Virus record (IMG/VR): IMGVR_UViG_3300029288_000152
Coordinates: 1 to 64,000 of that record
Source of the DNA: a virus
Taxonomy: Duplodnaviria > Caudoviricetes
Strand: one strand, 5' to 3'
Length of the DNA: 64,000 bases
Part shown: positions 16,049 to 25,095 of the stretch, in pieces
Layout of the letters: each line of letters opens with the position of its first letter
Numbering within the stretch: the stretch's first letter is position 1
Translations under genes and position numbers: made by a program
The notes under the pieces: model-generated
What the model saw: the letters and a program-made list of their open reading frames with translations, nothing else
What the model was told of the DNA's origin: nothing
The model's database searches: none

Positions 16049-18019
16049 GTGAGTAAACACATCTTGCATGATCGATCCCGCTGTGTGGCGGATTGGAAGT
16101 GTGGCCGGTTGCGCTACCTCGGGTACGAGTATGATGGCAAGGGCCTGACATCCGGCACGATGGCGCTGGAGTTGTATCTGGGACAAGCCATCCATGATGG
16201 GTTGGCGGCGATTGCCACTGGAACATACAATAGGCGGGATCGATTTGACATGGATCTCATCGCCACCACTGCTGCTCAACAAGTCCGTGAAGCACTGATG
16301 GCGCAGAGTGCGGGTGAGGATGAAGTCATCGCTGGGGCATTTGCCCAAGAACAGGCTGCTCTCGTTGAAGGATTGCTGAGAGGATTCTACATCCATGTCT
16401 GGCCGAGACTGATGGCACAGTATCCGGAGATCGTGCTCATTGAGCAGGAATGCACTTATGAACATGATAACATGATCTTCATGGCGAGGCCAGATGTGGT
16501 GCTGGCCAATACTGATGGTGAGTTGACCTACGTTGAATATAAGTCAACAAGTAGCAAGAAGGAAGAATGGATCAACAGTTGGAGTACAGCAGTACAACTC
16601 CATTCATCTATTCGAGCCATTGAAGCGACACTGGGCAGGAAGGTGGAGAGTGTGATTGTGCAGGGGCTGTACAAGGGGTACTGCCTCGCTCCAGATACCC
16701 CAGTGCTAACAGCCGATCTACGTTGGGTGCCTGTAGAGGCCTTAGAGGTAGGAGACAGACTGGCTGCATTTGAAGAGTACCCCGCAATGCGTAAGACTCG
16801 TCATAGTAAATCCGGGGAGTGCTCACGCCGAAGGCAGTGGAAATCTGCCGTGGTTACAAAAACAGGTGGAGCAATCCTACCATGTTACCGGCTATCTTTT
16901 GATGATGGCTCTACTATTGTTTGCTCTGAGCATCATAAGTGGTTGGCAGGATGGCGAACGGATGGCTCTGGTGCAGCTAAGTGGGTAGAAACTAAGGACT
17001 TGGTACCGTGGGAAAATGACTTTACCAAGGGGCACAGAATCCTAAAGATTATTGAGCCTAAGAAGACGGCTCTCGGGCTAGACTTTAGAGATAATTCTGA
17101 TTTGGGATACCTTTCAGCAGCATTTGATGGAGAAGGCCATCTATCCCAAACAAAAGGGAAATCAGGTTACTGGCAAACTTGGGTTGCCTTTTCCCAGAAC
17201 CCCAATGTCATGCTTACTAAAGTAACCGGGCTTCTGGATGGTTACAGCATACGTTACTCCGAACGACTAAAGCGGAGCGGGGCAGTCAACCGGCAGGTGC
17301 AAGTATCTGATAGGTTAGATGTCATGCGACTTTTATCATTAACTAGACCAGTTAGACTGCTGGAAAAGTTTAATGTGGACCATCTTGGGGGAGTGATGCC
17401 CTGCAGGCCACTGCCCAAACTTGTGGGTAAAGAGTACGTTGGACTTGGGGCAGTGATTACTTTGGAAACGTCTACTGGGACGCTCATTGCAAATGGGTTT
17501 GCTTCCCACAACTCAAGTTATGGCAAGCAGGGCAGTCCCATGTGCTATGGCTACTTCCGTGGGGGCAATCCACCGTTCACGCAGGACAGCATGCTCTATG
17601 AGTACAAGGCAGGCTACAAACGGTATCCCACTTGGGAGATGGAAGGGGGTGTCAAGAAGTGGGTAGAGTCCATGCCCGAGAACATCCTCGCGGACCAGTT
17701 CCCCTGCACGCCTCCCATCTTCATCAATGACGATCTGATCGATGCCTTCTTCACCCAGCGGGCTGACAGGGAGAAGCAGATTGACCTCGCCATGCAGATG
17801 TTGAGCATGGAAGAGGATGAGGATGTGAAGCGGCAGATCCTGGATTGTGCCTTCTCCCAGACATTTGACCAATGCTCCCCGGCGTGGGGTAGAGGATGTC
17901 CCTTCCGGCGCATCTGTCATGGACACATCCAGAATCCTTTGGAAGAGGGATGGGTGTACCGGACTCCGCATCATGCTGGAGAGTTGGAAGCGTGGGAAGC
18001 TGAATCGGCAAACAGTTAA
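16049..18019 (+). CDS. Cas4-like PD-(D/E)XK nuclease with putative Fe-S Cys cluster, intein-containing
   Basis: ARPDVV...VEYKS nuclease motif; N-terminal WKC and C-terminal QC...GCPFRRIC; intein in the middle. Confidence 0.8.
   Translation: MSKHILHDRSRCVADWKCGRLRYLGYEYDGKGLTSGTMALELYLGQAIHDGLAAIATGTYNRRDRFDMDLIATTAAQQVREALMAQSAGEDEVIAGAFAQEQAALVEGLLRGFYIHVWPRLMAQYPEIVLIEQECTYEHDNMIFMARPDVVLANTDGELTYVEYKSTSSKKEEWINSWSTAVQLHSSIRAIEATLGRKVESVIVQGLYKGYCLAPDTPVLTADLRWVPVEALEVGDRLAAFEEYPAMRKTRHSKSGECSRRRQWKSAVVTKTGGAILPCYRLSFDDGSTIVCSEHHKWLAGWRTDGSGAAKWVETKDLVPWENDFTKGHRILKIIEPKKTALGLDFRDNSDLGYLSAAFDGEGHLSQTKGKSGYWQTWVAFSQNPNVMLTKVTGLLDGYSIRYSERLKRSGAVNRQVQVSDRLDVMRLLSLTRPVRLLEKFNVDHLGGVMPCRPLPKLVGKEYVGLGAVITLETSTGTLIANGFASHNSSYGKQGSPMCYGYFRGGNPPFTQDSMLYEYKAGYKRYPTWEMEGGVKKWVESMPENILADQFPCTPPIFINDDLIDAFFTQRADREKQIDLAMQMLSMEEDEDVKRQILDCAFSQTFDQCSPAWGRGCPFRRICHGHIQNPLEEGWVYRTPHHAGELEAWEAESANS
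16682..17512 (+). mobile_element. Intein (277 aa) with a LAGLIDADG-type endonuclease motif
   Basis: Starts CLAPDTPVLTADLRWVPVEALEVGD; ends TLIANGFASHN followed by Ser; internal LGYLSAAFDGEG. Confidence 0.9.
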
Positions 18020-18042
18020 CAACTCATCACAAGGAGATCAGA

Positions 18043-18228
18043 ATGGCCAAGCAGACACTCTACATCTCGCAGGAACGGGACGGCTGGTTGACCGCACACC
18101 AGAGCAAGAAGGCGCTGAAGGATTTCTACTTGGGGGTGGATCCCACAGAAATCAGTGGGCTCAAGCTCTACAAGTATGTCAAGGAGGAACAGATCCCGAC
18201 CAAGAGCGTGTTTCCTGAAGTGGGATAG
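18043..18228 (+). CDS. Hypothetical protein
   Basis: AAGGAG SD. Confidence 0.55.
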   Translation: MAKQTLYISQERDGWLTAHQSKKALKDFYLGVDPTEISGLKLYKYVKEEQIPTKSVFPEVG

Positions 18229-18477
18229 TTGAGGTGCGATGTGTATAAGATCATCATCGACAGACTGGCTGAGAATCCCAACTATGCTGAAGAGCGAACG
18301 CGCTGGCTTAACAGTCAAGCACAGCAGCCGTATGGGATCACTGGGTATAACCCTGAACCGTTACGTATGGTTCCTGTCAGAGCACTAGAAATGGATCTCA
18401 CAGAGGGCGAATTCAATGCGGTGAGACAAGCCGTACTGCAATTCATGGACACGGAACGGTTGGATGGAGGAATTTGA
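18229..18477 (+). CDS. Small protein ending LDGGI (possible DEGI-tail variant #17)
   Basis: Ends TERLDGGI*; TTG start is uncertain. Confidence 0.5.
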   Translation: MRCDVYKIIIDRLAENPNYAEERTRWLNSQAQQPYGITGYNPEPLRMVPVRALEMDLTEGEFNAVRQAVLQFMDTERLDGGI

Positions 18478-18489
18478 GCTTGCCGATTA

Positions 18490-19060
18490 TAGGGCTGACA
18501 AAACAGCAGGAGCTGCACAAGTACTGCTGACAAATCAGCCGCCCGTGCAGGGGAAACCGGGGAGTTACATGAACCCTCGGCGGCATCTTTTTGAGGTTGT
18601 GGTGGCTGTGACTCCGACAGGAGTTCCAAATGGTGGCGCTGCTGAGGGTTACTGTGGGGTTTGAGTCCCGCACACTGTCAGCAGGATAGCGGAGATGGAT
18701 GGGGCTGCGACCACGGCTGAAGGCCCCACCAGCCACCACATTGAGTTGTGGGAGATCGAGAGCATAAAGGTTCCAAGGGTACTTCCGGGATGGCTAATGT
18801 GACTTCCTGGACAAAACCCTGCAGGTTAACCTTGGTCGCCAGTCCCGATGAGGGCCGGTCTCCCATCAGAGTTGAGAGGTCCAGACATGGGTGCGGGTAG
18901 TAAGCTGATTAGAGTCCCTGAACCGTCATCAGGCTTCCAGCGTGCTGGAAGAACCTGCACGTGTCATTACTCGAAAGGCTGAACGCCAAGATCGCCAGCC
19001 CCATGACTAATCACACCCGGCTACGGCTGGGTGCGTGGGGTTAACGGCTCCCTGTTGGGC
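18490..19060 (+). ncRNA. Candidate large structured non-coding RNA (family unassigned; strand assumed from flanking genes)
   Basis: About 570 nt with no convincing ORF and many helices: 18598-18608/18730-18740 (11 bp), 18749-18757/18857-18865, 18784-18790/18805-18811, 18820-18827/18952-18959, 18906-18912/19007-19013, 18934-18940/18945-18951, and a c(UACG)g hairpin at 19014-19033. Confidence 0.6.
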
Positions 19061-19083
19061 CTCTCTTTGGATTGTGAAATGAC

Positions 19084-19320
19084 ATGAAGTGCGATAAGTG
19101 CGGCGAGGATATGTGGCTGCTCAGTGAGGGCCGGACCCTCGTTGGCTACTATTCTCCTCCCGGCCATGATCATGACGACAACTGTGTGACGCGCTACTAT
19201 GCTTGTCCCAACAATCACAGGCAGTCGACATCCAAGCGCAACACCTGTCCAGTGTGTGACTGGAGGGGGAAGGCTGAGTGCTTCTGTTGCGGACCAAAGG
19301 TGGATGCATGGCCGGATTGA
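19084..19320 (+). CDS. Cys-rich small protein
   Basis: CDKCG...CPNNH...CPVC...CFCC. Confidence 0.6.
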   Translation: MKCDKCGEDMWLLSEGRTLVGYYSPPGHDHDDNCVTRYYACPNNHRQSTSKRNTCPVCDWRGKAECFCCGPKVDAWPD

Positions 19321-19328
19321 GGTGCGGG

Positions 19329-19511
19329 ATGGATCCTAAGCCTAAGCGTAAGCACTGGTACAAGATCGATAAGTACGAGTGTCCTGTCTGTGGGCGTGGT
19401 GAGGAGTTCCGCACACGGATGTACACTGACCGGCCTGAGAAGCCTGAGGATCGCGTCACATGGCATGAGCAGTATGACTGGTGTACGGAGTGGGGAGGGC
19501 TGAGCTGTTAA
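19329..19511 (+). CDS. Small zinc-ribbon protein
   Basis: YECPVCG...YDWC; GAGG SD. Confidence 0.55.
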   Translation: MDPKPKRKHWYKIDKYECPVCGRGEEFRTRMYTDRPEKPEDRVTWHEQYDWCTEWGGLSC

Positions 19512-19717
19512 CTGTGATTGTGCTGGGGGCGAGGCCTTGATGTTGGTAAGGCGCTCTCTATGTGAGAGCACAACCGAGCCCAACTAAGTCCCTCCATAGG
19601 TGCCAAGACGATCCATGCCTGTCCAGGCCTCCATCAAAGAGCATGGCCACGTGAATCATGGAGCCTCCACCCTCTTGGCAGGAGTGGAGACCAGCACATT
19701 TTTGACTGAGGTGCAAC

Positions 19718-19927
19718 ATGATGGAACTCATCAATCACATCCCGTGCAACAATGCCGAGGACATCGAAGTCTACATCTCGGACTGTGAGGTGGATGAGGA
19801 GCATCCCGACGTGGAATATGAGGTGTGGGTGGGCTATCCCAACGGTGAGTGGGAGACGATTGATTACTTCCCATCCTATGACGACGCGTTGGCCTGTGCC
19901 CAGACGTGGCAACCTACCGTGCGGTAA
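19718..19927 (+). CDS. Acidic hypothetical protein
   Basis: GAGG SD; aromatic/acidic composition. Confidence 0.55.
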   Translation: MMELINHIPCNNAEDIEVYISDCEVDEEHPDVEYEVWVGYPNGEWETIDYFPSYDDALACAQTWQPTVR

Positions 19928-19942
19928 CTTGTAAAGGAGTAA

Positions 19943-20317
19943 GTGATGAACAGACGAGACATGCTCAAGACCTTGGTTGGTGTGGCGGCGGTAGGAGCTG
20001 TAGCTCCAACGGTCGTGCAGGCAGCGCCTAGTGAACCGACATATTTCCCGGTTCCAAGCCCTCCTACACCGGGACCGCTTCCTCCCAAGGACATGCGAAC
20101 TCCCGAGGAGGTGTGGAAGGAAGAGATGGAGCGGCAGGCACAGGCCATATTTACTTCGGACAGCCCTTATTATCACTACGTCAACTACGTGACACCTGAG
20201 GTGTACACTAGGCTTATGGAACTTCTTGTTGAGCGGGACCATGCCATCAACACAGTCGCCATGTATGGGCGAACCGGCCTGATCATCAACGGAAATGTGA
20301 TTTTGGCGTTTGCCTAA
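19943..20317 (+). CDS. Protein with a twin-arginine (Tat)-like signal peptide
   Basis: MNRRDMLKTLVGVAAVGAVAPTVVQA; AAGGAG SD. Confidence 0.6.
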   Translation: MMNRRDMLKTLVGVAAVGAVAPTVVQAAPSEPTYFPVPSPPTPGPLPPKDMRTPEEVWKEEMERQAQAIFTSDSPYYHYVNYVTPEVYTRLMELLVERDHAINTVAMYGRTGLIINGNVILAFA

Positions 20318-20320
20318 GGC

Positions 20321-20349
20321 TTGACAATCTCGTCACGAGGGTGTAAGAT
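20321..20349 (+). promoter_or_regulatory. Sigma70-type promoter upstream of the recombination genes
   Basis: TTGACA (20321-20326), 17-nt spacer containing the palindrome CTCGTCACGAG, TAAGAT (20344-20349). Confidence 0.6.
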
Positions 20350-20519
20350 GACCACATTTCCCACACCAATCCAGCGCGTCTTTCGCGTCGTCATTGACTT
20401 CGACGATACCAGCCAGTTGGAACTGGTGAAACTACGCTTGGCAGATGCGGCGAGGTTCGTGGATGGGGTGGTGAGGATCGTCGATGTGCAGGATGTGACG
20501 GAAGGAGAAAGAAGGGTAG

Positions 20520-21422
20520 ATGGCTGAATCAAAGCGAACGATCTTATTGTACGGCAGAAGTCGGGCGGGCAAGTCCACCATGATAGGTGAGTTAGCTGAG
20601 CACATCAAAGTCACGAAGGGCAAACTCACCCGCCTCTACACGGCTGACCGTGGTGGGGTTGATCCCATCAGGCCCTACATTGACTTGGGCATCATCCAAG
20701 CTGTGGAGATGGGCGATACAGATCCATGGATCTTCCTTCACAATGCGGTGCGTGGGAGGGTGCGGGATGGATCAGGCAAGTGGATACCCGGAAAGAATGA
20801 TGACATTGGCTTCTGGGCATTTGAGAGTTACACGTCATTTGCTGATGCCCTCATGCTATCTATGGCGATCAAGGCTGGACAGGGGATCAACATTGGTGGG
20901 GGCGCGAATGTGGCGTTCACCGCCACTGGAGATGGGGAGACGGTCAAGATCAGCGGCTCCAACATGGCCCATTATGGGGTCTGTCAGTCAAGGCTGACTG
21001 AGGAATCATGGGAGAGTCAGAAACTCCCCGGCTTGTTCATCTTGTGGACGGCAAGTGTCACGAAGGAGGATGACCCCACCGCTACGGGGAAGGTCTTGGG
21101 AGCAGCCGTGGCAGGCAAGGCACTAGCAACGGAACTGTTCAGATGGTTTGGACTGTCCTTCCGCATTGATGCCCTACCAGCCCAGCAGGGGAAGCCTGAA
21201 CGTCACATCCTCTACATGGGGAACAGTGTGGACATTGGTGCCGGGAATGCCGTAGGGCTGGGAAATACCAGGATTCCCATGGATGCGACACCGTTGCCGA
21301 GTAGCATTGAACCCGCATCACTCGTCAAAGCCCTGCAGATGATTGATGCCAGTGCGGTGACAGCCATGGATGTCATCAAGAAGAGACTCGCAGAAGCTAA
21401 ACCCGTCACCGTAACTCGTTAA
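20520..21422 (+). CDS. P-loop ATPase (AAA_24 / Sak4-like recombination protein)
   Basis: ILLYGRSRAGKST Walker A; followed by an SSB-like gene, as is typical. Confidence 0.7.
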   Translation: MAESKRTILLYGRSRAGKSTMIGELAEHIKVTKGKLTRLYTADRGGVDPIRPYIDLGIIQAVEMGDTDPWIFLHNAVRGRVRDGSGKWIPGKNDDIGFWAFESYTSFADALMLSMAIKAGQGINIGGGANVAFTATGDGETVKISGSNMAHYGVCQSRLTEESWESQKLPGLFILWTASVTKEDDPTATGKVLGAAVAGKALATELFRWFGLSFRIDALPAQQGKPERHILYMGNSVDIGAGNAVGLGNTRIPMDATPLPSSIEPASLVKALQMIDASAVTAMDVIKKRLAEAKPVTVTR

Positions 21423-21438
21423 CTGACAAGGAGTAGGT

Positions 21439-22038
21439 ATGATTGACATCTCGGAGCTTGGGAATCTCAAGGACGCAGAGCCGCTTGACCTCGATATATA
21501 TCGAGACTCGCAAGAGGCTCAACCCCTCCCGCACAAGGGGCGGTACACCGTGCAGGCCCCGGACAGCTTTCCAGCGACTGCGTTCAAGGCCGCTAAGTCT
21601 GGCTATCTGTCCGCCCAGATTGATCCGAAGATTATCGGCCCCACCAATGAGGGCTACACGATCCGCTTCGTGCGGGTCAGTGCCAAGCCGTTCAAGCGTG
21701 GGGGTGTCACCGTCAGCCAGCTGGGGGATTACCTCCGGGCCACTGGCAGGCGTGGACAGGTCGGCAGTGATCCTCAGGCTCAGGCCGACGCCGTGGAGCA
21801 GACCGCCAATCAGGTCTATCAGATCGATGCCGATTGGCGGGCCTATTGCACCAACTGTGGATTCTCCATAGAGGGTGAGGGACGCTTCCCGGCCAATGGC
21901 ACTGGCGAGCACACCCCGTGGACGGTGTGCCCGAACTGCAAGGATCCCGAGGATGTGACCTTCAAGGATGAAGGACGTGATCAGCGTCAGTTGGCCCTGA
22001 GGGCTAATCTCGTCGTGTCACGGTACGTCGCAGCGTAA
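21439..22038 (+). CDS. Putative ssDNA-binding protein (DUF669-like position) with zinc ribbon
   Basis: Follows the Sak4-like ATPase; PLPHKGRYTV; CTNCG...CPNC. Confidence 0.45.
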   Translation: MIDISELGNLKDAEPLDLDIYRDSQEAQPLPHKGRYTVQAPDSFPATAFKAAKSGYLSAQIDPKIIGPTNEGYTIRFVRVSAKPFKRGGVTVSQLGDYLRATGRRGQVGSDPQAQADAVEQTANQVYQIDADWRAYCTNCGFSIEGEGRFPANGTGEHTPWTVCPNCKDPEDVTFKDEGRDQRQLALRANLVVSRYVAA

Positions 22039-22068
22039 TCGTTCACGCGGCAGAAAGGGGGCGACAGG

Positions 22069-22740
22069 ATGGGATGCGATATTCACATCGTCATTCAGGC
22101 GCAGGATCCGAATGGCGTATGGCAGGAGATCGTGTATCAGGACACTCCGTGGCAGAAGGACAAAGCGACCATCCCCGGCATTCCTGTCGCCCCCGATGGG
22201 TTCGATGGACGGAACTATGACCTGTTTGGCATCTTGGCGAATGTGCGGAATGGATCAGGGTTTGCAGGGATCGAGACGGGATCGGGCTGGCCGTCCATAG
22301 CCCCTGATCGGGGATGGCCGGATGAGTTTGACGCTGAGCAGGTGGCGCTAACGCCAGAGTATCCCGAGGATGGTCCCCGGTTCATGGGTGAGCATTCCTT
22401 CACATGGGTCAGCTTGGATGAACTCAAAGCCTTCCCATGGGATGCCACGAAATCGACGTTGTATGGTGTGGTGCCTGCCAATGAGTATGAGGTCTTGAAG
22501 AAGCACCATGCCAAACCACGCTGCTACAGTGGATCGGTTGGTGGCCCCGGCATTGAAACCGTGACGGCCAAGGTGTGGGATGAAGGCAATCCACCCATCT
22601 GTCAGCGGCCCTATGTCCAGATGTCATGGGAAGAGACGGCACGGGAGGCCACTAATGACTGGCCGGAGCAGGTGATTCCATGGCTGGAGTCCCTCGCGGC
22701 AGGGAGACCGCTGCGATTGGTGCTGGGGTTTGATAGCTAA
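22069..22740 (+). CDS. Conserved phage hypothetical protein (MGCDIH type)
   Basis: MGCDIH...GRNYDLFGILANVRNG...HSFTWVSLDEL...RLVLGFDS. Confidence 0.7.
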   Translation: MGCDIHIVIQAQDPNGVWQEIVYQDTPWQKDKATIPGIPVAPDGFDGRNYDLFGILANVRNGSGFAGIETGSGWPSIAPDRGWPDEFDAEQVALTPEYPEDGPRFMGEHSFTWVSLDELKAFPWDATKSTLYGVVPANEYEVLKKHHAKPRCYSGSVGGPGIETVTAKVWDEGNPPICQRPYVQMSWEETAREATNDWPEQVIPWLESLAAGRPLRLVLGFDS

Positions 22741-22742
22741 GG

Positions 22743-23195
22743 ATGGCCATGAAGCAGATCCACTACTCGAAGGGCTACAAGTATCAGCTGGATGAAGACT
22801 ATGTACATGTACTACTCGTACCAGTCCCTCATCCCATCGATCACCCCTTCTTTCGGATCTGCGGAACGGAGCTGATTGTCAAGGTCGGGTATGCTTGGGA
22901 TGGACCCAGCGGCCCGACCATTGACACGGACACCTTCATGCGAGGGTCACTGGTGCATGATGTGTTGTACCAGTGCATCGTCCTGAAGTTGATTCCTATG
23001 GAGTATAAGGATGCAGCCGATGATGAACTCGTCCTCATCTGCTACGAGGATTACATGAGTGCGGCGCGGAGATGGTGGGTGGGCAAAGGATTGGACATTG
23101 GCGGGGATGAGGCACTGGCGCATGGTCCCAAGCCCGTGCTGGTATCCCCCAAGAAACAACGAGTACCACTTCATGGATGGGCGGTAGCTACATGA
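22743..23195 (+). CDS. DUF1353-like protein
   Basis: GYAWDGPS...SLVHDVLYQ. Confidence 0.7.
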   Translation: MAMKQIHYSKGYKYQLDEDYVHVLLVPVPHPIDHPFFRICGTELIVKVGYAWDGPSGPTIDTDTFMRGSLVHDVLYQCIVLKLIPMEYKDAADDELVLICYEDYMSAARRWWVGKGLDIGGDEALAHGPKPVLVSPKKQRVPLHGWAVAT

Positions 23196-23525
23196 TACTC
23201 CAGCAGGCAGAACGCACACGATTAGAAGTGATTGAGTGCCCCATTTGTCAGCGATTGCATGCCCGCACAGGAGCCATCAATTTCACCTGTTGCGTCTTCC
23301 ATCCCCCAGGATCGTGTTGTCACTATGGATGGACAGCCGTGACGCCTACTATGTTGGCTAGGATGCTTGCTGTGTTAGATGAGGAGGTGCTCCATGGCCC
23401 CAGCAGCCGAGATGGCGATGCTCTACCAGAAGATTGCTGAGCTGGAAGCGCAAGTGCAGGCTCAGGCGGAGTACATCAAGCTGCTCCAGCAACGGATTCT
23501 GAAGATGAATGATCGGGAGGACTAG

Positions 23526-23729
23526 ATGGGCAACGTGTTCATCAACTCCATCGTAGCTGGCAGGAGGGCTGGGAAGTCGTGTATGTTGATGTTACTGGAA
23601 GCAGATAGACGATATACCGATCAATGCACTCCCCAAAAACTGGCGGACTGGGCATCCGATTGGTGTCGCTATAGCATCATGCAGCAGCACTGCACCGATC
23701 CTGAACTGTACTTAGATGAAGGGATATAA
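23526..23729 (+). CDS. Small protein with DEGI tail (#12)
   Basis: Ends CTDPELYLDEGI*. Confidence 0.7.
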   Translation: MGNVFINSIVAGRRAGKSCMLMLLEADRRYTDQCTPQKLADWASDWCRYSIMQQHCTDPELYLDEGI

Positions 23730-23733
23730 TTAG

Positions 23734-24915
23734 ATGGCGCAGTACCCCTATCCCGACGAGCCAGAGTGGTGGTCGCGGGTCTACATGGAGACCATCAAAG
23801 CCGACTTCAAGGAAGCAGGCCGAGATGTCGAACAGCTTCCCTACCAGGAGTGGTCAGAACTCCTGCGCTGGTTTGCGCGAGGTGGCTATAGTTGTCATGA
23901 GATGCCCCAGGAAGCGGCACTGATCAAGCATCAGCGAGAATGGCGGGAGGAGCTGGGGCTGCCCGTGCCTGACCCCCCAACCCCAGCCCTCCAGCCCTTG
24001 CGGGTGAAGGATCACGTCTTCACCTTGGCCGATGGCACGCTCTGGACCATGGTGGAGTGTAGCGATTTCAACTTGCTCGGACGGTACCTGAATGGGGAGG
24101 ACATTCGGCCCGTTCTAGAGCAGCGTAAAGCCTGTGGCTACAACACGTTACGGGTGTTTACGGCCTATGATGTGGTGGGGATTGGGACGCTCAAGCCCTC
24201 GGATGCGCTCTATGATGCCATCCCCAGTTTCCTCGACCTCTGTGCGTCCTATGGATTCTATGTAGAACTGGTCGCGTTCACCGGCCCCTACGACACCCTC
24301 TTCGTCAACGACGCGGCCAAGGTGCGGCACTGGGAACTGCTCATCTGGGCATGTTCCGGCCTGACCAATGTGCTGCTCGAACTGGTGAATGAGGGAGACC
24401 ATCAAGCCAATAAAGACATTCCGTTTAGTCAGTTACGGCAACCGCCCAATGTCGTCTGCTCCCATGGGTCGGCCATGGCTGACCACCCACCTATGCAGCC
24501 CGTGTGGGTCTACAGTTCGTACCACTCCAATGGCTTGAGTGAGTGGTGGAGGAAGACCGGACATAATAGCATGGAGATGGGGGACACCTATGGGGGTCCC
24601 TGCACGGGGAATGAGAACACCCGCTATACTGACAGTGACAGCAATCAGACGCATGCCTCGGAAGCAGCTAGAGCAGCAGCGCTCCTGTGTGCTGGATCCT
24701 GCTATCACTCGGTGAGGGGCAAGTCATCCCAGCTGTGGGATGGGCAGGAACTCGTCTGTGCGCAGGCGTGGGCCAGTGGGGCGAGGAGTGTGGACTTGAC
24801 GTTTCAGGTGGGGCAGTACCATCATCGGAAGGACTTGGAGACGCCCGGAGTGCTGAGAGCGTATGATCGCACCCTCTCCAATGGCCAAGCCTTTATCGTC
24901 ATCATTCATGAATGA
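23734..24915 (+). CDS. Glycoside hydrolase-like TIM-barrel protein (clan GH-A-like) with an N-terminal extra domain
   Basis: GYNTLRVF, LLELVNEGD (acid/base Glu), GNE; Pro-rich linker PVPDPPTP after an approximately 75-aa N-terminal domain. Confidence 0.6.
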   Translation: MAQYPYPDEPEWWSRVYMETIKADFKEAGRDVEQLPYQEWSELLRWFARGGYSCHEMPQEAALIKHQREWREELGLPVPDPPTPALQPLRVKDHVFTLADGTLWTMVECSDFNLLGRYLNGEDIRPVLEQRKACGYNTLRVFTAYDVVGIGTLKPSDALYDAIPSFLDLCASYGFYVELVAFTGPYDTLFVNDAAKVRHWELLIWACSGLTNVLLELVNEGDHQANKDIPFSQLRQPPNVVCSHGSAMADHPPMQPVWVYSSYHSNGLSEWWRKTGHNSMEMGDTYGGPCTGNENTRYTDSDSNQTHASEAARAAALLCAGSCYHSVRGKSSQLWDGQELVCAQAWASGARSVDLTFQVGQYHHRKDLETPGVLRAYDRTLSNGQAFIVIIHE

Positions 24916-25095
24916 TAAGGATCATGATATCACCCAGACCTGAAGAATTCGATCATGATGACTGCCCATTCTGTGGTGAGCCATCTGAACCCTATGAAGG
25001 GGTACCAGATCAAACCCTGCGGGTCTGCCCAAGCTGTTTGGAGGTGTGGTGGGAAGACATGGGCCAGCCCGTATACCGTTCCAAGAAGGAATCGC

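Noticed and set aside
16049-18019. CRISPR-Cas locus implied by the Cas4-like gene
   Set aside because: No repeat-spacer array or other cas genes were seen; solo Cas4-like nucleases are common in phage recombination modules.
18645-18740. tRNA- or tmRNA-like pieces (GGGTTTGAGTCCC T-loop-like hairpin, ...GCCACCA)
   Set aside because: No cloverleaf with a proper acceptor, D and anticodon arm can be built, and the T-stem is mismatched. These are treated as parts of the larger ncRNA candidate.
18540-19025. RNase P RNA, hammerhead or group I/II intron identity for the structured region
   Set aside because: The GAGGAAAGUCC core, an exact CUGAUGA...GAAA hammerhead core and the intron catalytic motifs are absent, and no flanking gene is interrupted.
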